Shown here piece by piece: positions 63,801 through 64,000 of a stretch of DNA of 64,000 nucleotides (positions are counted from its first letter, which is position 1; the number at the start of each line of letters is the position of its first letter). The translations under genes and the position numbers were made by a program. The DNA lies in contig CM120640.1 in NCBI GenBank assembly GCA_051362555.1, positions 61,668,788 to 61,732,787 on the forward strand, read 5' to 3'. The notes beneath the pieces are model-generated. The model was not told the DNA's origin, made no database searches, and saw only the letters and a list, made by a program, of their open reading frames with translations. Source of the DNA: Lingula anatina (taxonomy: Eukaryota > Animalia > Brachiopoda).

Positions 63801-64000
63801 AATCAGGATGATTTCAACTTTCACAGTGAGAAAAATCATTTTCTGTAGATAGCATTAGATCACATTTGTTTAACACAGATTTTTTTGTGCATATACGTAA
63901 CTTATGTTAAATCAACCAGAGTTGTTGCATGTTCATGACTATGTACATGTAGTAATCACTAGTTTTACCTTTGTTATACATTCCACATTGAAATTATCAG
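60867..64000 (-). CDS. PAAF1: Proteasomal ATPase-associated factor 1 (WD40; Rpn14 homolog), 5' end outside the window
   Basis: Exons at about 64000-63969, 63746-63644, 63492-63399, 63051-62898, 62554-62336, 62004-61911, 61707-61591, 61214-61131 and 61022-60867. Translation includes 'LTGHLGDVYTCRFFPSGLVVLSGGADMQLKIWS', 'ITDTAIVEKGRNIISCSRDGTAKLWDCG' and 'ELTGSDCDPIY...TACRDGSVRKY'. Confidence 0.93.
62073..62240. mobile_element. ~168-bp MITE in a PAAF1 intron, with relatives at about 52056-52222 and 56917-57083
   Basis: TIR-like CAGGGGCGGAT ... ATCCGCCTATG, TATTT on both sides, and a shared core CTTCCGGAAGAC.GTCAG. Confidence 0.7.

Noticed and set aside
1-64000. tRNA, rRNA or snoRNA genes
   Set aside because: None recognisable by eye. 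Intronic snoRNAs (for example in DDX10) cannot be excluded without a covariance-model search.

Overview
AT-rich, intron-containing animal genomic DNA (invertebrate; the repeat types suggest a mollusc or other lophotrochozoan, which is inference). The left 26.5 kb is a compact gene block: the 3' part of an HNF1 homeobox gene (+), SUDS3 (-) head-to-head with Derlin-2/3 (+), a two-exon CHST-family carbohydrate sulfotransferase (-) and DDX10 (+). SUDS3 and Derlin each carry a minor-spliceosome (U12) intron, and a decayed MADF-domain gene sits antisense in a DDX10 intron. The right end holds most of PAAF1 (-). About 28-60 kb is a nest of decayed mobile DNA: a Gypsy-like gag split by a complete hAT element with a 5-bp TSD, three diverged DIRS/Ngaro-type gag-like ORFs that share a hairpin+GGAGTC motif and a splice acceptor just before the ATG, SGNH hydrolase ORFs, a co-oriented integrase-OTU-RecQ run, a 2A-like motif, and a ~14-kb Helentron-type (HINE) 161-bp satellite region with shuffled inverted blocks and a near-perfect 4.86-kb tandem duplication. 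All gene models and translations were made by eye, family assignments come from recalled motifs, and no database search was run.
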